Source: an uncultured SAR86 cluster bacterium (lineage in GTDB: Bacteria > Pseudomonadota > Gammaproteobacteria > Magnimaribacterales > AG-339-G14). Taken from it: DNA of 61,009 nucleotides. The notes under the pieces are model-generated. The model was given only the letters and a program-made list of their open reading frames with translations. It was not told where the DNA came from and searched no databases. A program made the position numbers and the translations under genes. The stretch covers positions 1 through 61,009 of the forward strand of contig CACOQX010000003.1 of assembly GCA_902629465.1 (NCBI GenBank). The letters are read 5' to 3'. Of the stretch, positions 18,778 through 30,452 are shown one piece after another; within the stretch, counting starts at the first letter, position 1; every line of letters starts with the position of its first letter.

Positions 18778-20253
18778 TTAATCTTCAAGCCATTCTTCTC
18801 GAGCTGACATAATAAGTTTAGCTGCTCTTTCTTCATCAATTTCAAAAATTTCAGTCAGTTCATCTGTTGCTAAATCCGCTAAGTTCTCAACAGTAAGAAT
18901 TTCATTTTTAACCAGCAACTCCAATTCTTCCTCGGAAAACCCGTCAGATAATTCTAATTTTCTTGCTTCTTTGGTTTCTTCTTCTGCCTCATCTTCATCT
19001 AATTCCAATAAAGCGATTTCTAGAAGAGACTCTTCAGCTCTTTCTATAAGAGTTGAAATAACCCCTTCTTCCAAACCGTCAATGCCAGCAAAATCTTCAA
19101 TTTTAGATTCAGAGATTTTTTGAACAGTTTCAAGATTATTTTCTATGAGTTTTGATGCTAAATTTCTATCTACGCCAAGATATTCAATTAGCTTAGAAAT
19201 TTCTCTATCTTCTTCTCCTGAGGACTCTCCCTTGATTTGTATTTGCCAGCCTAACAGTTCTGAAGTAAGTCGGATGTTCTGACCACTTTTACCAATAGCT
19301 AAAGCTAGGTTTTCATCTTTTACCACTACTTCCATAGACTGATTTTCATCATCCATTACGATGGAGAGAATTTCCGCAGGTGCTAAAGTATTTACTAGTA
19401 ACTTGGCTTGATCGTCTTCCCAAACAACAATGTCAATTCTCTCGTTACCTAACTCGTTTGATACTGCCTGAACTCTAGAACCTCTCATGCCTACGCAAGC
19501 TCCTACAGGATCAATTCTTGCGTCATTGGTTTTTACAGCAATTTTTGTTCTAGCTCCTGCCTCTCTAGCAACAGCTCTTATCTCAATAACTTCTTCCGCA
19601 ATTTCTGGAACCTCTAACTTAAAAAGTTCTGATACCATTTCTTTAGAGCTTCTACTTAAAACTAATTGGGGACCTCTATTCTCTCGAATACTTTCTTCGA
19701 GAATGCCTTTAATTCTGTCTCCAACTCGATAAATTTCTCCTTGAATTAGGTCTTTTCTTGGTAATGAAGCTTCTGCATTATCTCCAAGATCAACAATAAT
19801 ATATTCACGAGTAACCTTTTTAACAGACCCTGATACAAGTTGACCTAAGGAAGGTCGAAACCTTTTTATGATTTCTAATCTTTCAGCATCCCTTACTTTT
19901 TGGACAATTACTTGTTTCGCGGCTTGTGCGGCTATTCTTCCAAATTCAGCGTTTTCAACTTGCTCCTTGAATTTATCACCAACTTTAAGATCATTTTCTT
20001 CTGCAAAATCACTGTCAACCAAGATGTGTAGCTCGCTATCCTCATAATTCTCAAAATCTACAACATCTTTGTATCTGAAAGTTTGGTAATCTCCAGTGGA
20101 TTGATCAATATCAACGAGGATATTTACTTCTTCCTTATACCTTTTCTTTGCAGCACTAGCTAAAGCAAATTCAATAGCTTCAAAGATTGTTTCCCTTGGT
20201 AAATCCTTTTCGTTTGAAACAGAGTCTGCAACTAATAGTATCTCTTCATTCAT
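18778..20253 (-). CDS. nusA: Transcription termination/antitermination factor NusA
   Basis: 491 aa with an S1 domain, two KH domains (IDPVGACVGMRGSRVQ), and the acidic C-terminal repeats typical of gammaproteobacterial NusA. Confidence 0.95.
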   Translation of the reverse strand: MNEEILLVADSVSNEKDLPRETIFEAIEFALASAAKKRYKEEVNILVDIDQSTGDYQTFRYKDVVDFENYEDSELHILVDSDFAEENDLKVGDKFKEQVENAEFGRIAAQAAKQVIVQKVRDAERLEIIKRFRPSLGQLVSGSVKKVTREYIIVDLGDNAEASLPRKDLIQGEIYRVGDRIKGILEESIRENRGPQLVLSRSSKEMVSELFKLEVPEIAEEVIEIRAVAREAGARTKIAVKTNDARIDPVGACVGMRGSRVQAVSNELGNERIDIVVWEDDQAKLLVNTLAPAEILSIVMDDENQSMEVVVKDENLALAIGKSGQNIRLTSELLGWQIQIKGESSGEEDREISKLIEYLGVDRNLASKLIENNLETVQKISESKIEDFAGIDGLEEGVISTLIERAEESLLEIALLELDEDEAEEETKEARKLELSDGFSEEELELLVKNEILTVENLADLATDELTEIFEIDEERAAKLIMSAREEWLED

Positions 20254-20701
20254 TCTTAGCCCCTAATAGATTTGAGGATAAATAATCCCCTTTCAAGATT
20301 TGATAAATCTGCCCTTGTGATACTAAAGAAATTTCTTCGTCAGATACCTCTTTAAGCTCTCCCTTTAATTTGCATTTTTTTCCATCTAAAAAACAAGACA
20401 AGTTAATTGTTTCGCCTAAATAGTCTTTAAGCTGATTGATGTTGAAAAATTTTCGATCAATTCCAGGCGATGAAATTTCTAAACTAAAATTAAAATTCAA
20501 TTCTGAGAAATTATCCAAAACTTCTCGTGCTTGAATATTTACATTCTCGCAGTCTTCTAAAGTTATCAAATCATCCTTTTTATCGATGTAAATAACTATA
20601 TGTTTTGAAAAGGAACCACCTGAAATTTCTATTCCCCAAATGAAACAATTTAGGCTCTCAATATCCTTTTTTAAAATGTCAGCAATCTTTTGTTCTAGCA
20701 T
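20246..20701 (-). CDS. rimP: Ribosome maturation factor RimP
   Basis: Start taken at the ATG at 20701 (MLEQKIADIL...). It has LEISSPGIDR and overlaps the nusA start by 8 nt. The listed TTG start at 20719 falls inside the upstream hairpin. Confidence 0.88.
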   Translation of the reverse strand: MLEQKIADILKKDIESLNCFIWGIEISGGSFSKHIVIYIDKKDDLITLEDCENVNIQAREVLDNFSELNFNFSLEISSPGIDRKFFNINQLKDYLGETINLSCFLDGKKCKLKGELKEVSDEEISLVSQGQIYQILKGDYLSSNLLGAKNE

Positions 20702-20718
20702 TTTTCTTTTACATAACA

Positions 20719-20740
20719 AATAGGCCCTAAAGGGCCTATT
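20719..20740 (-). promoter_or_regulatory. GC-rich hairpin in the rimP leader, candidate attenuator or terminator after tRNA-fMet
   Basis: Minus-strand RNA AAUAGGCCC-UUUA-GGGCCUAUU followed by UGUUAUGU. It lies 18 nt upstream of the rimP ATG. This is the only GC-rich dyad in an AT-rich spacer. Confidence 0.4.
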
Positions 20741-20786
20741 AAAAATTCTTAACTAATAAATTAGTCAAATCAATAATTTGAAAGCG

Positions 20787-20815
20787 AGTATAGGAGTATA
20801 GTGAAGAATGGTCAA
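20787..20815 (-). promoter_or_regulatory. Candidate sigma70 promoter between tRNA-fMet and rimP
   Basis: On the minus strand: TTGACC (20815-20810), a 17-nt spacer, TATACT (20792-20787), then CGC. Confidence 0.55.
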
Positions 20816-20828
20816 TAGTTGTCTAAGT

Positions 20829-20905
<77 letters not shown>

Positions 20906-20917
20906 AAAAGTTTGGCG

Positions 20918-20946
20918 AGTATAGGATTAAGTTCTAAATAGGTCAA
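20918..20946 (-). promoter_or_regulatory. Candidate sigma70 promoter for tRNA-fMet (metY-rimP-nusA-infB operon)
   Basis: On the minus strand: TTGACC (20946-20941), a 17-nt spacer, TATACT (20923-20918), then CGCC. The -10 element ends 12 nt upstream of the mature tRNA-fMet 5' end. Confidence 0.6.
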
Positions 20947-20951
20947 GTTAT

Positions 20952-21038
20952 TGGTGCCGAAGAGAGGATTTGAACCTCCACGGACCTAAGTCCACTACCC
21001 CCTCAAGATAGCGTGTCTACCAATTCCACCACTTCGGC
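20952..21038 (-). tRNA. leuU: tRNA-Leu (anticodon GAG), class II with a long variable arm
   Basis: Reverse complement: GCCGAAGTGGTGGAATTGGTAGACACGCTATCTTGAGGGGGTAGTGGACTTAGGTCCGTGGAGGTTCAAATCCTCTCTTCGGCACCA (87 nt). It starts 2 nt after the secG stop, matching the E. coli secG-leuU arrangement. Confidence 0.93.
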
Positions 21039-21040
21039 AA

Positions 21041-21358
21041 TTACTCAGGGAGATCTTCAATTAAAGGCTTTTCTTCAACGATTTCCTGAGACTGTGAATT
21101 TTTAAAGACTTCTAACTCAGAATCTAAGGAAGTTTTTTGATAAGCTGAAATTGCAATAGTAATTGAAAAAAAAGCAATAACTAAACCCCAAGTTATTTTA
21201 GTTAAGATATTTGTAGCATCTGCAGGAGCAAACATCGCATTGTTATTTCCACCTCCAAAGGCGGAACCAATGTCTGCACCTTTTCCGTGTTGAAGTAAAA
21301 TTATTACTACTAAGGAAATGGCGATCAATACCTGTAAAACTATAAATATTGTAATCAT
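21041..21358 (-). CDS. secG: Preprotein translocase subunit SecG
   Basis: 105 aa with two TM segments and LLQHGKGADIGSAFGGG, typical of SecG. Confidence 0.9.
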   Translation of the reverse strand: MITIFIVLQVLIAISLVVIILLQHGKGADIGSAFGGGNNNAMFAPADATNILTKITWGLVIAFFSITIAISAYQKTSLDSELEVFKNSQSQEIVEEKPLIEDLPE

Positions 21359-22107
21359 GATTTAATTTTCGAAGCGATAATAGCAAATTGTTCGCCGTCA
21401 AGCGAAGAATTTCCTACAAGGCAGCCATCAATCCTAGGAATAGAAATTATTTCTTCAATATTGCTTTTAGAAACACTTCCACCATACAAAATAGGACAAT
21501 CAATCTTCTTCTCTTCAAAAAAATCTAAAATAATAGATACTGCTGAATCAATATTTTCTGAATCTGCTTCTTTTCCAGTACCAATAGCCCATATGGGTTC
21601 ATATGCTAAAAGATCCGGTGATATGTTGTCTTTGCAGAAAGTCTGCAGTTGATTTAGAAGGAAAGATTTTTTTTTGTTGTTTTCTAGAATTTCTAACCCT
21701 TCTCCAATACAAAAAATATTCGACAAAGCATGTTCTTTTAACCTAGAACCTTTTTCAAAAACAATATTTTCTGTATCACCGCCTTCTCTCAGCTCTGAGT
21801 GACCGATAATAGAACCTTCGACTCCTACTTTTTTTAAAAATTTAGATGAAATTTGTCCAGTGAAAGCTCCTTCGTCGTATGGAGAAACATCCTGAGCAAA
21901 GAGTGAAATTTTATTAAAAAATTCATTTTTTGATTTTTTTATTTTTTCTGAAAAAATAGTGTAATCATGTAAATTAAGACAAACTATCAATCTTACTTCA
22001 TCAGATTTTGGAAAATTATTTAAAGAACTAACAACATTTACAAATTCTTTTTCCCAAACGTCTATATCAACTAAATTCATTTTCCAGTTAGCAATAAGAT
22101 ATTTCAT
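21355..22107 (-). CDS. tpiA: Triosephosphate isomerase
   Basis: ANWKMN, IGHSELR and AYEPIWAIGTG motifs. It overlaps secG by 4 nt. Confidence 0.93.
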   Translation of the reverse strand: MKYLIANWKMNLVDIDVWEKEFVNVVSSLNNFPKSDEVRLIVCLNLHDYTIFSEKIKKSKNEFFNKISLFAQDVSPYDEGAFTGQISSKFLKKVGVEGSIIGHSELREGGDTENIVFEKGSRLKEHALSNIFCIGEGLEILENNKKKSFLLNQLQTFCKDNISPDLLAYEPIWAIGTGKEADSENIDSAVSIILDFFEEKKIDCPILYGGSVSKSNIEEIISIPRIDGCLVGNSSLDGEQFAIIASKIKS

Positions 22108-22113
22108 GAATAG

Positions 22114-23472
22114 TTAGGATAAATCTTTTGCAAGGTCGGTGAGTTGCTTGCTATGAATTTCCATCACTTTAGTGTCTTTGGCTTCCACTAAAATTCTTAA
22201 TAAAGACTCGGTTCCTGATTTTCTCACTAAAATCTTTCCGTCAAACTCTGAAATTTCTTTTTGGGCTTTTTCACAAGAATTCTTAAATTTTTTATTAGCC
22301 AAAATGCTTTCAGCGTTGGTAACTTCAATGTTTGTGAGGATTTGAGGATATTTTTTGAAAGAAGCAAGAATTTCGTTTAAAGGTTTGCCAAAGGTAAGAA
22401 AAGCTTCAAAAAATTTGATGGCAGCAATAATTGCATCGCCCGTTGCAACGCTATCCAAACAAATAATATGTCCTGACTGCTCTCCACCCAGCTGCCAACC
22501 AAGTTCTAAGAGTTTTTTCAAAACATACTTATCTCCAACTTTGGATCTTACTAATTCAATGCCCATTTCAGATAAAGCATTTTCCAGACCTTTATTTGTC
22601 ATGTCAGTTCCAACAACTCCTTTAGAACCTAGAACAATCTGATTTTCAAATTTAAATTTTGCCAATAAAAATAAAATATCATCTCCATCTAAAGCCTTTG
22701 CCTCTGAGTCGACTATGATCAATCTGTCGCCGTCTCCATCAAAGGCAATTCCAAAATCGGCGTTATTGTCTAGCACGGATTTTTTTAAAACATTTAAATC
22801 CGTTGATCCACAATTTTGATTAATATTTAGACCATTTGGATTATCTGAAATTGCAACTACTTCAGCTCCTAGCTCTCTAAAAACTTTTGGGGCGACATCA
22901 TATGCAGCTCCGTTAGCTGTATCGATAACAATTTTTAAATTGCTCAAACTAATTTCTTTAGATAAGGAGTTTTTGCAGTATTCGATATAACGACCGCTGG
23001 CATCAGACAACCTAGCTGCTTTTCCTAAATTCTCAGGTTCAACGACTTTGATAGGTTCTGAAATTTTTTGTTCAATCAAAAGTTCTAATTCATCTGATAT
23101 TTTTTGTCCTTTATCATCAAAAAATTTAATTCCATTATCTTCGTAGGAATTATGAGATGCACTTATGACGATTCCTGCCTGACTTTTAAAAGTACTAACT
23201 AAATAAGATATTGCTGGAGTTGGTAATGGGCCTACTAAGCGCACATTCAAGCCTGAAGAAATTATTCCTGCCTGGAGGGCAGCTTCCAGCATGTAGCCTG
23301 AAATTCTTGTATCTTTACCAATGATGAATGATGAAATTCCCTGGTCCTTGAAGACTTTTCCAGCTGCCCAACCTAACTTCAGGATGAAATCTGGACTAGT
23401 CTTAGAAGAAATCGGACCTCTGATGCCATCAGTGCCAAAGAATTTCTTTTTTGCGTTTATTATTTTGGCCAT
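22114..23472 (-). CDS. glmM: Phosphoglucosamine mutase
   Basis: FGTDGIRG, phosphoserine loop ISASHNSYEDNGIKFF, and FDGDGDR. Confidence 0.95.
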   Translation of the reverse strand: MAKIINAKKKFFGTDGIRGPISSKTSPDFILKLGWAAGKVFKDQGISSFIIGKDTRISGYMLEAALQAGIISSGLNVRLVGPLPTPAISYLVSTFKSQAGIVISASHNSYEDNGIKFFDDKGQKISDELELLIEQKISEPIKVVEPENLGKAARLSDASGRYIEYCKNSLSKEISLSNLKIVIDTANGAAYDVAPKVFRELGAEVVAISDNPNGLNINQNCGSTDLNVLKKSVLDNNADFGIAFDGDGDRLIIVDSEAKALDGDDILFLLAKFKFENQIVLGSKGVVGTDMTNKGLENALSEMGIELVRSKVGDKYVLKKLLELGWQLGGEQSGHIICLDSVATGDAIIAAIKFFEAFLTFGKPLNEILASFKKYPQILTNIEVTNAESILANKKFKNSCEKAQKEISEFDGKILVRKSGTESLLRILVEAKDTKVMEIHSKQLTDLAKDLS

Positions 23473-24263
23473 ATAGTTCTCAATAAATTAACGGTCTCTT
23501 TAACTTGATGAACTCTTAAAATATTTGCCCCACCTAGAGAAGCTATTATACCAGCAGTTAAGCTTTGTTCGTTTAGATGATTTTCCTTTGTCTCAAAAAG
23601 TAGTCTCAAAAATTTCTTTTGCGACAAACCAGCCAACAAAACCCTATCTTTTTTTATTTTCTCCAAATTAGATAATATTTTTAAGTTCTGAAAAGGTGTT
23701 TTTCCGTATCCAAAACCGGGGTCAAAAATCAAATTTTTTACATTGAAGTTTCCTTTCTTAAATTTGACTTCGATTTCAGAGAAGAAATGTTCTATTTGAT
23801 CAAATATATCTTTTTTGTTTTCAGGATTGCCTTGATGGCAAACACAAACAGGTATATTTTCTTCGCAGACTAAATTAAAACTTTCTTCATCTTTAAATGA
23901 AAAAACATTATTGATTAAATCAATTTTATTCAAGATAGCTTCCTTGATTACTTCGAAATTGAACGAGTCTACTGAAAAAAGTATTGGATAATCTTTCAGC
24001 TTTTCAAAGATAAATCCTATTCGATCTAATTCTTCTTGAGGAGATATTTTGGTGAATCCAGGTTTTGTACTATGAGCGCCGATATCAATAAAATCAGCAC
24101 CATCCTCAATCATTGACTCAATCGATTTAAATACTTTTGATTCATCAAAAGAAATACCTTTTTTTAGAAATTTGCCACCATCAAAAAAAGAGTCAGGAGT
24201 TAGGTTTATTACACCCATGACTTTTGGGCTAGAAAGGTCTAACTCTTTTTTTGGAAAGAGCAT
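23460..24263 (-). CDS. folP: Dihydropteroate synthase
   Basis: VMGVINLTPDSFFDGG, GADFIDIG..ST.PG, DPGFGYGKT and ILRVH. It overlaps glmM by 13 nt. Confidence 0.92.
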   Translation of the reverse strand: MLFPKKELDLSSPKVMGVINLTPDSFFDGGKFLKKGISFDESKVFKSIESMIEDGADFIDIGAHSTKPGFTKISPQEELDRIGFIFEKLKDYPILFSVDSFNFEVIKEAILNKIDLINNVFSFKDEESFNLVCEENIPVCVCHQGNPENKKDIFDQIEHFFSEIEVKFKKGNFNVKNLIFDPGFGYGKTPFQNLKILSNLEKIKKDRVLLAGLSQKKFLRLLFETKENHLNEQSLTAGIIASLGGANILRVHQVKETVNLLRTIWPK

Positions 24264-24274
24264 GTTAAGAAGCT

Positions 24275-26185
24275 TTAGATTTGTTCTGCTGGATCCTTAA
24301 TTGGAGGTTCTTCACCCTTTTTATTATCTTTGTCAGAAGAAATATCATCATCATCATTACTTCTTGGCTTAGCTCCAGCCATGATGTCATCAATTTGATC
24401 ACTCGTTATGGTTTCAAGCTCTACTAGAGATTCAGCCATCATGTGTAGCTTGTCCAGATTATCTTTTAAAACCTTTGTAGCTTTCTTATAACAAGTATCG
24501 ATAATTTTTTTTGATTCTTCATCGATTAAATTAGCAGTTTTATCTGAAACAGATGTTGATTTTGAACCTGCGCTTCTTCCAAGAAAAGGTTCATCACCCT
24601 CTTCATCGTACTTAATAGGGCCTAACTTTTCAGACAAGCCCCATTTGGTGACCATATTTCTTGCAAGTTCTGTAGCTCGTTCTATGTCATTAGACGCTCC
24701 AGTTGTAACTCCACCTTCACCGTAGATTAATTCTTCAGCAATTCTTCCTCCGAACAATCCACAAATTCTGTCTAGAATGGATTCTTTGCTATAACTGTAT
24801 TTATCTTCTTCAGGAAGAAATACGGTTACTCCTAAAGCTCTTCCACGTGGAATAATTGAAACTTTGTAAACCGGATCGTGGTGTTCTAAAACTCTTCCAA
24901 CTATGGCATGACCAGCTTCGTGGTAAGCAGTTTTTGTTTTTTCATCTAAACTCATTACCATACTTCGCCTTTCCGCGCCCATCATTACTTTATCCTTAGC
25001 AAGCTCCAACTCCTCCATAGAAACTTTCTTTTTGCCGGAACGAGCAGCAAATAAAGCAGCTTCGTTTATTAAATTTGCTAAATCTGCTCCTGAAAAACCT
25101 GGAGTCCCTCTGGCGATGTAAGAAGTTTCAACATCCTTATCGATTGGTACTTTCCTAGCATGAACGTTAAGAATTTGTTCTCTTCCTTTGATATCTGGAA
25201 GTGGAACTACTACTTGACGGTCAAATCTTCCAGGTCTTAGTAAAGCAGGATCTAGAACATCTGGTCTGTTCGTAGCAGCAATAATAATGATTCCTTCATT
25301 AGCTTCAAAACCATCCATCTCTACTAAGAGTTGATTAAGAGTTTGCTCTCTCTCATCGTGACCACCACCTAAGCCCGCTCCTCTATGGCGACCAACTGCA
25401 TCAATCTCGTCAATGAAAACAATACAAGGTGCTTGACGTTTAGCTTGTTCAAACATATCTCTTACTCTAGAAGCTCCAACACCAACAAACATTTCCACAA
25501 AATCAGAACCTGAAATTGTAAAAAATGGTACTTTAGCCTCCCCCGCTATTGCTCTGGCAAGCAAAGTCTTACCTGTTCCGGGAGAACCTACCATTAAAAT
25601 ACCGCGCGGGATTTTTCCGCCTAGTTTTTGAAATTTTGAAGGATCTCTTAAAAAATCTACTAATTCTTGGACTTCCTCTTTTGCTTCTTCGACTCCGGCA
25701 ACATCTCTAAATGTTGTTTTTACCTTCCCACCTTCGAGCATTCTAGCTTTACTCTTACCAAATGACATTGGACCTCCTCGGCCTCCCATACCACCTTGCA
25801 TTTGACGCATGAAGAAAAAGAAGATGGCTAAAATGATTAGAATTGGAAAACTAGCTACCAGAAGTTGAGTCCAAATGCTTTCTCTTTGTGGCTCTTCGCC
25901 TAAAACTTCAACTCTGTGCTCAAAAAGATCTGTCATGAGTTGATCATCTTGTACGTATATGGGACGAGTGGTTTTAAAGGAGTTTCCTTCCTGAGTTATT
26001 CCTTCGATTGTAAACCCGTCGCCTTTAAAGGAAACTTGGGAAATTTGGTCTTTGTTAACCAAAGAAACAAATTCGGAATAATTCATATTCTGCGAGGGAC
26101 TTTGATTGTAAATGTTTTGAATAGCAATAAAGGTGATACCTGAAATTGCAAGCCAAACTAAAATATTTCTCATTAATTGCGACAT
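24275..26185 (-). CDS. ftsH: ATP-dependent zinc metalloprotease FtsH
   Basis: Two N-terminal TM segments, Walker [12 protein letters not shown], Walker [10 protein letters not shown], and zinc motif HEAGHAIV. Confidence 0.97.
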   Translation of the reverse strand: MSQLMRNILVWLAISGITFIAIQNIYNQSPSQNMNYSEFVSLVNKDQISQVSFKGDGFTIEGITQEGNSFKTTRPIYVQDDQLMTDLFEHRVEVLGEEPQRESIWTQLLVASFPILIILAIFFFFMRQMQGGMGGRGGPMSFGKSKARMLEGGKVKTTFRDVAGVEEAKEEVQELVDFLRDPSKFQKLGGKIPRGILMVGSPGTGKTLLARAIAGEAKVPFFTISGSDFVEMFVGVGASRVRDMFEQAKRQAPCIVFIDEIDAVGRHRGAGLGGGHDEREQTLNQLLVEMDGFEANEGIIIIAATNRPDVLDPALLRPGRFDRQVVVPLPDIKGREQILNVHARKVPIDKDVETSYIARGTPGFSGADLANLINEAALFAARSGKKKVSMEELELAKDKVMMGAERRSMVMSLDEKTKTAYHEAGHAIVGRVLEHHDPVYKVSIIPRGRALGVTVFLPEEDKYSYSKESILDRICGLFGGRIAEELIYGEGGVTTGASNDIERATELARNMVTKWGLSEKLGPIKYDEEGDEPFLGRSAGSKSTSVSDKTANLIDEESKKIIDTCYKKATKVLKDNLDKLHMMAESLVELETITSDQIDDIMAGAKPRSNDDDDISSDKDNKKGEEPPIKDPAEQI

Positions 26186-26190
26186 AATTC

Positions 26191-26772
26191 TTACTCTTTA
26201 AATTTTCCTAATAAATAGCATTCTTTTGAACTTATTCTCGATGCTTCTGGTTTAATTCTTATCACCTCTTTAAAGTTCTTTTTCATATATCCTTTTAAAT
26301 AATCAAAAGAACTCCCTTGAAAGCATTTTGCTAGAAAAGAACCTCCTTTTACAAGATATTTATTTATTAGATATATCTCTATATTCAAAAGTTCAATCAT
26401 ATTTTCACTATCGGTAATTCCTATACCACTTAAGTTGGGGGCAATATCTGATAAAACAAGGTCAAATAATTGATTCAGGTCTTCATCTTTAATTTCTAAT
26501 AAATCCTTTTGTAAAAAAGTAATACCCTCAATTTTGGCCATTGGAAGTATATCTATGCCTGTAATGGATGCTTTCCCTTTAGTTAGCTCCTTTAGAACTT
26601 GAATCCAACTTCCGGGAGCGCAGCCAATATCCAGAATATTTTGATTTTGTTTGATTAAATTGTGCACCTTATTAATTTGCTTCAATTTATAGGCTGCTCT
26701 CGATCGATAGCCATCTTTTTTCGAAAGCTTATTAAACCTTTCGCCACCAGTGTAATTGGGATTTTTACTCAA
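26191..26772 (-). CDS. rlmE: 23S rRNA (U2552-2'-O)-methyltransferase
   Basis: [19 protein letters not shown] and LSDIAPN motifs. It lies upstream of ftsH, as in E. coli. Confidence 0.9.
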   Translation of the reverse strand: MSKNPNYTGGERFNKLSKKDGYRSRAAYKLKQINKVHNLIKQNQNILDIGCAPGSWIQVLKELTKGKASITGIDILPMAKIEGITFLQKDLLEIKDEDLNQLFDLVLSDIAPNLSGIGITDSENMIELLNIEIYLINKYLVKGGSFLAKCFQGSSFDYLKGYMKKNFKEVIRIKPEASRISSKECYLLGKFKE

Positions 26773-26773
26773 A

Positions 26774-27253
26774 TTAAACGTGCTTAATATCTACTATTTC
26801 ATATTCTTGAAGGCCAGCAGGACTTTCAAACTTGGCGATATCGCCTTCACTCTTACCTATGAGAGCTCTAGCCAAAGGAGAGGAAAAGGAGATTTTTCCC
26901 TCGCTCACATTTGCTTCATCTTCACCAACTATTTTAAAAACCACTTCTTCGTCTTTCTTTAAATCATAAAGATCTATGGTAACGCCGAAAATAACTTTGC
27001 CTGATGGAGGAATAGCGGTTACATCGATAACTTGGGAATTAGTCAATTTAGATTTTATCTCTCTAATTCTTGCTTCTGTTAACCCCTGCTGTTCTTTAGC
27101 TGCGTGATATTCAGCATTTTCTTTTAAATCACCTAGTTCTCGAGCTGCAGCGATTTCTTTGGACAATTGAATTCTTACATTTTTTGTAAGATGGTCATGT
27201 TCAGCGCGTAAGGCTTTCTCGCCCTCCACAGTCATTGGAGCTTTATCGGTCAT
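26774..27253 (-). CDS. greA: Transcription elongation factor GreA
   Basis: PMT.EG...L..E...L, GDLKENAEYHAAKEQQ, and a C-terminal FKBP-like domain SP.ARALIGK.EGD. Confidence 0.93.
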   Translation of the reverse strand: MTDKAPMTVEGEKALRAEHDHLTKNVRIQLSKEIAAARELGDLKENAEYHAAKEQQGLTEARIREIKSKLTNSQVIDVTAIPPSGKVIFGVTIDLYDLKKDEEVVFKIVGEDEANVSEGKISFSSPLARALIGKSEGDIAKFESPAGLQEYEIVDIKHV

Positions 27254-27257
27254 ATCC

Positions 27258-30200
27258 TCAGTGGATATCTTGAAGTTTTTTCACCCTCCAATCAACCTGA
27301 TTTTCTATTACCTTACATATCGCTCTAGCACCTTCAATGGTAGTAGAACTACAAATCTTCTGATCTAGAGCGGTTCTTCGGATTGACGCTGAGTCGGTAA
27401 TTGACTCTCTTCCTTCTGTAGTATTAAAAACAAGACTGATTTCCTTATTTTTCATCAAATCGACAATGTGTGGTCTACCTTCTAAAACCTTATTGATTAT
27501 TTCAACCTTAAAACCCATTTTTTCTAAGTCTCGAGCGGTACCTCTTGTAGCAACAAGTTCAAAGCCCGATTTTGTTAAACTTTTGGCAAGCTCCTCCAAA
27601 TAAGCTTTATCGGTATTTCTGATACTCAGAAAAGCAGATCCTTTTAATGGAATGGATATACCCGCAGCTATTTCAGCTTTTTCAAATGCTTCCACAAATG
27701 ATGGTGCTATTCCCATAACCTCACCGGTAGACCTCATTTCCGGACCGAGAATCGGATCAACTGCCTGAAATTTTTCAAAAGGAAGAACTGCCTCTTTAAC
27801 TGAATAAAATGTAGGTTTTTTGAATTTAGTTATCTTGAGAGCTTTTAAGGTTTTGCCAGACATTACTTGAGCCGCAATTTTTGCGAGAGGCGAACCAATG
27901 GCTTTTGAAACAAAAGGTATTGTACGAGAAGCTCTGGGATTAACTTCCAAAAGATAAATTTCTGAATTTACATAGGCAAGTTGAATGTTTACAAGGCCAG
28001 AGATTTTCATATTCTTTATAACTTTTATTGCAGTGGCTTCAATCTGAGAAAGAAGTTTTTTATCTATGCTGTAAGGCGGTATTGAACACGCTGAATCTCC
28101 AGAGTGAACTCCTGCCTGTTCGATATGTTGAAGAACTCCACAAATTATATGACTTTTGCCGTCACTAATAGCTTCTACATCAAACTCTATTGCCAAATCT
28201 AAAAACTTATCAATTAAAACGGGATTCTTCTTATCAACTTCTAAAGCCTCCGTTAAGTATTTCTTTAAATCCTCATCATCGTAGACAATTTCCATCGCCC
28301 TTCCTCCAAGGACATAAGAAGGTCTGACTACTACTGGATATCCAATTCGATTGGCGATCTTTATTGCTTGAGCATTATTTGATGCCATGCCATTTTCAGG
28401 CTGAAGTAAATTATGCTTCTTAACAAATTTTTGAAATCTAGAACGATCTTCTGATAAATCTATTTGATCAGGAGATGTGCCGAGGATTGGAACGCCACTT
28501 TTTTCTAAATCTTTAGCAAGTTTGAGTGGTGTCTGACCACCATATTGAATAATTAGACCTTTGGGTTTTTCTATTTCGTAAATCTCTAAAACATCTTCAA
28601 GAGTAATTGGCTCAAAATAGAGCCTGTCTGAAGTATCGTAATCCGTGGAGACAGTCTCAGGGTTACAGTTCACCATAATGGTTTCGAAACCCTCCTCTTT
28701 TAAAACCTGCGCAGCATGCACACAACAGTAGTCAAATTCAATTCCTTGGCCGATTCTATTGGGACCACCGCCGAGAACCATAATTTTTTTCTTCTTGGTA
28801 GGGTTGGATTCACACTCGTCTTGATAAGTTGAATACATGTATGCTGTTGAAGTTTCAAACTCAGCGGCACAGGTATCTACTCTCTTGAATACTGGTTTGA
28901 TATTAAGCTTTCTTCTTTTTGCTCGAATATCTTTTTCAGATTTATTGGTTAAGTCTGCAATTCTTTTATCTGAAAAGCCAATTTTTTTAGCCTCAAGAAA
29001 TAAATCTCGAGAAGAAAGAAATTTTTTGGACTTGATGATTTTTTCATAATTAATGATTTCTTGGACCTCTTTTAAAAACCAAAGATCTATACCGGTAAAA
29101 GATTGAATATCATTGATATCCATTCCTTTTCTGAAAGCCTCTCCAATAAACCAAAGTCTCTCTGGTGTGGGGGTAATCAATCTAGGTTTTATGGCTTTAA
29201 CATTTTTTGCTATCTCAGGAGACTCAAAACCCGAAGACCCTATTTCTAGACCACGCATGGCTTTTTGTAATGATTCTTTGAAATTGGAGCCAATAGCCAT
29301 AACCTCTCCAACCGATTTCATTTGTGAAGTAAGAGTAGGATTAGCACCAGCAAATTTTTCAAAGTTAAATCTTGGAATTTTGGTTACGACATAATCTATC
29401 GTAGGCTCAAAAGAGGCTGGTATGGACTCTTTACTGATATCGTTTTGCAATTCATCCAAGGTGAAACCAACGGCAAGTTTTGCTGCTATCTTAGCAATCG
29501 GGAAACCAGTGGCTTTTGATGCCAAAGCAGAAGATCTAGAAACTCTTGGATTCATTTCAATAACCACCATTTCTCCGTCTTCTGGGTTGATGGCAAACTG
29601 AACATTAGATCCGCCAGTTTCAACTCCGATTTCTCTTAAAATAGCCATTGAGGCATTTCGCATCATTTGGTATTCCTTATCAGTTAGAGTTTGTGCTGGA
29701 GCTACAGTAATCGAATCTCCAGTATGCACTCCCATGGGATCGAAATTTTCAATAGAACAAATAATGATGCAGTTATCAGCTTTATCTCTGACAACTTCCA
29801 TCTCATACTCTTTCCAGCCTGCAAGGTATTTATCAATATAAAGTTCCGAGGTTGGTGATAAATCCAAGCCTCTGTGGCAAATCTCTTCAAACTCATCACT
29901 GTTGTAAGCAATTCCTCCGCCCGAACCGCCCAGAGTAAAGTTGGGTCTGATGATGCATGGATAGCCAACCAACTGTTGAACTTCCCAACACTCTTCAATG
30001 TTATGTGCCAGTTTAGCTAAAGGTACTTTTAGGCCAATTTTTTCCATTGCTGCAGCAAAGAGTTCTCGATCTTCGGCTTTATCGATCGCTTCTTTGGTAG
30101 CACCAATCAGTTCGATGTTGTATTTTTTTAGAATTCCTTTTTTATTTAAATCCAGTGCAACGTTGAGTCCGGTTTGACCGCCCATGGTAGGTAAAATTGC

Positions 30201-30452
30201 ATCAGGTTTTTCGATCTTGATAATTTTTTCTAAAGATTGCCATGTAATGGGTTCAATGTAGGTAGCATCTGCCAAGCCAGGATCGGTCATAATTGTAGCT
30301 GGATTGGAATTGACCAAGATGACCTTGTAACCCTCTTCTCTTAAAGCCTTACAAGCCTGAACTCCAGAATAATCAAATTCACAAGCTTGACCAATGATGA
30401 TTGGCCCTGCGCCAATTATCAAAACAGATTTGATATCAATTCTTTTTGGCAT
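27258..30452 (-). CDS. carB: Carbamoyl-phosphate synthase large subunit
   Basis: 1064 aa with duplicated ATP-grasp halves ([20 protein letters not shown] and [21 protein letters not shown]) and a C-terminal MGS-like domain. Confidence 0.97.
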   Translation of the reverse strand: MPKRIDIKSVLIIGAGPIIIGQACEFDYSGVQACKALREEGYKVILVNSNPATIMTDPGLADATYIEPITWQSLEKIIKIEKPDAILPTMGGQTGLNVALDLNKKGILKKYNIELIGATKEAIDKAEDRELFAAAMEKIGLKVPLAKLAHNIEECWEVQQLVGYPCIIRPNFTLGGSGGGIAYNSDEFEEICHRGLDLSPTSELYIDKYLAGWKEYEMEVVRDKADNCIIICSIENFDPMGVHTGDSITVAPAQTLTDKEYQMMRNASMAILREIGVETGGSNVQFAINPEDGEMVVIEMNPRVSRSSALASKATGFPIAKIAAKLAVGFTLDELQNDISKESIPASFEPTIDYVVTKIPRFNFEKFAGANPTLTSQMKSVGEVMAIGSNFKESLQKAMRGLEIGSSGFESPEIAKNVKAIKPRLITPTPERLWFIGEAFRKGMDINDIQSFTGIDLWFLKEVQEIINYEKIIKSKKFLSSRDLFLEAKKIGFSDKRIADLTNKSEKDIRAKRRKLNIKPVFKRVDTCAAEFETSTAYMYSTYQDECESNPTKKKKIMVLGGGPNRIGQGIEFDYCCVHAAQVLKEEGFETIMVNCNPETVSTDYDTSDRLYFEPITLEDVLEIYEIEKPKGLIIQYGGQTPLKLAKDLEKSGVPILGTSPDQIDLSEDRSRFQKFVKKHNLLQPENGMASNNAQAIKIANRIGYPVVVRPSYVLGGRAMEIVYDDEDLKKYLTEALEVDKKNPVLIDKFLDLAIEFDVEAISDGKSHIICGVLQHIEQAGVHSGDSACSIPPYSIDKKLLSQIEATAIKVIKNMKISGLVNIQLAYVNSEIYLLEVNPRASRTIPFVSKAIGSPLAKIAAQVMSGKTLKALKITKFKKPTFYSVKEAVLPFEKFQAVDPILGPEMRSTGEVMGIAPSFVEAFEKAEIAAGISIPLKGSAFLSIRNTDKAYLEELAKSLTKSGFELVATRGTARDLEKMGFKVEIINKVLEGRPHIVDLMKNKEISLVFNTTEGRESITDSASIRRTALDQKICSSTTIEGARAICKVIENQVDWRVKKLQDIH

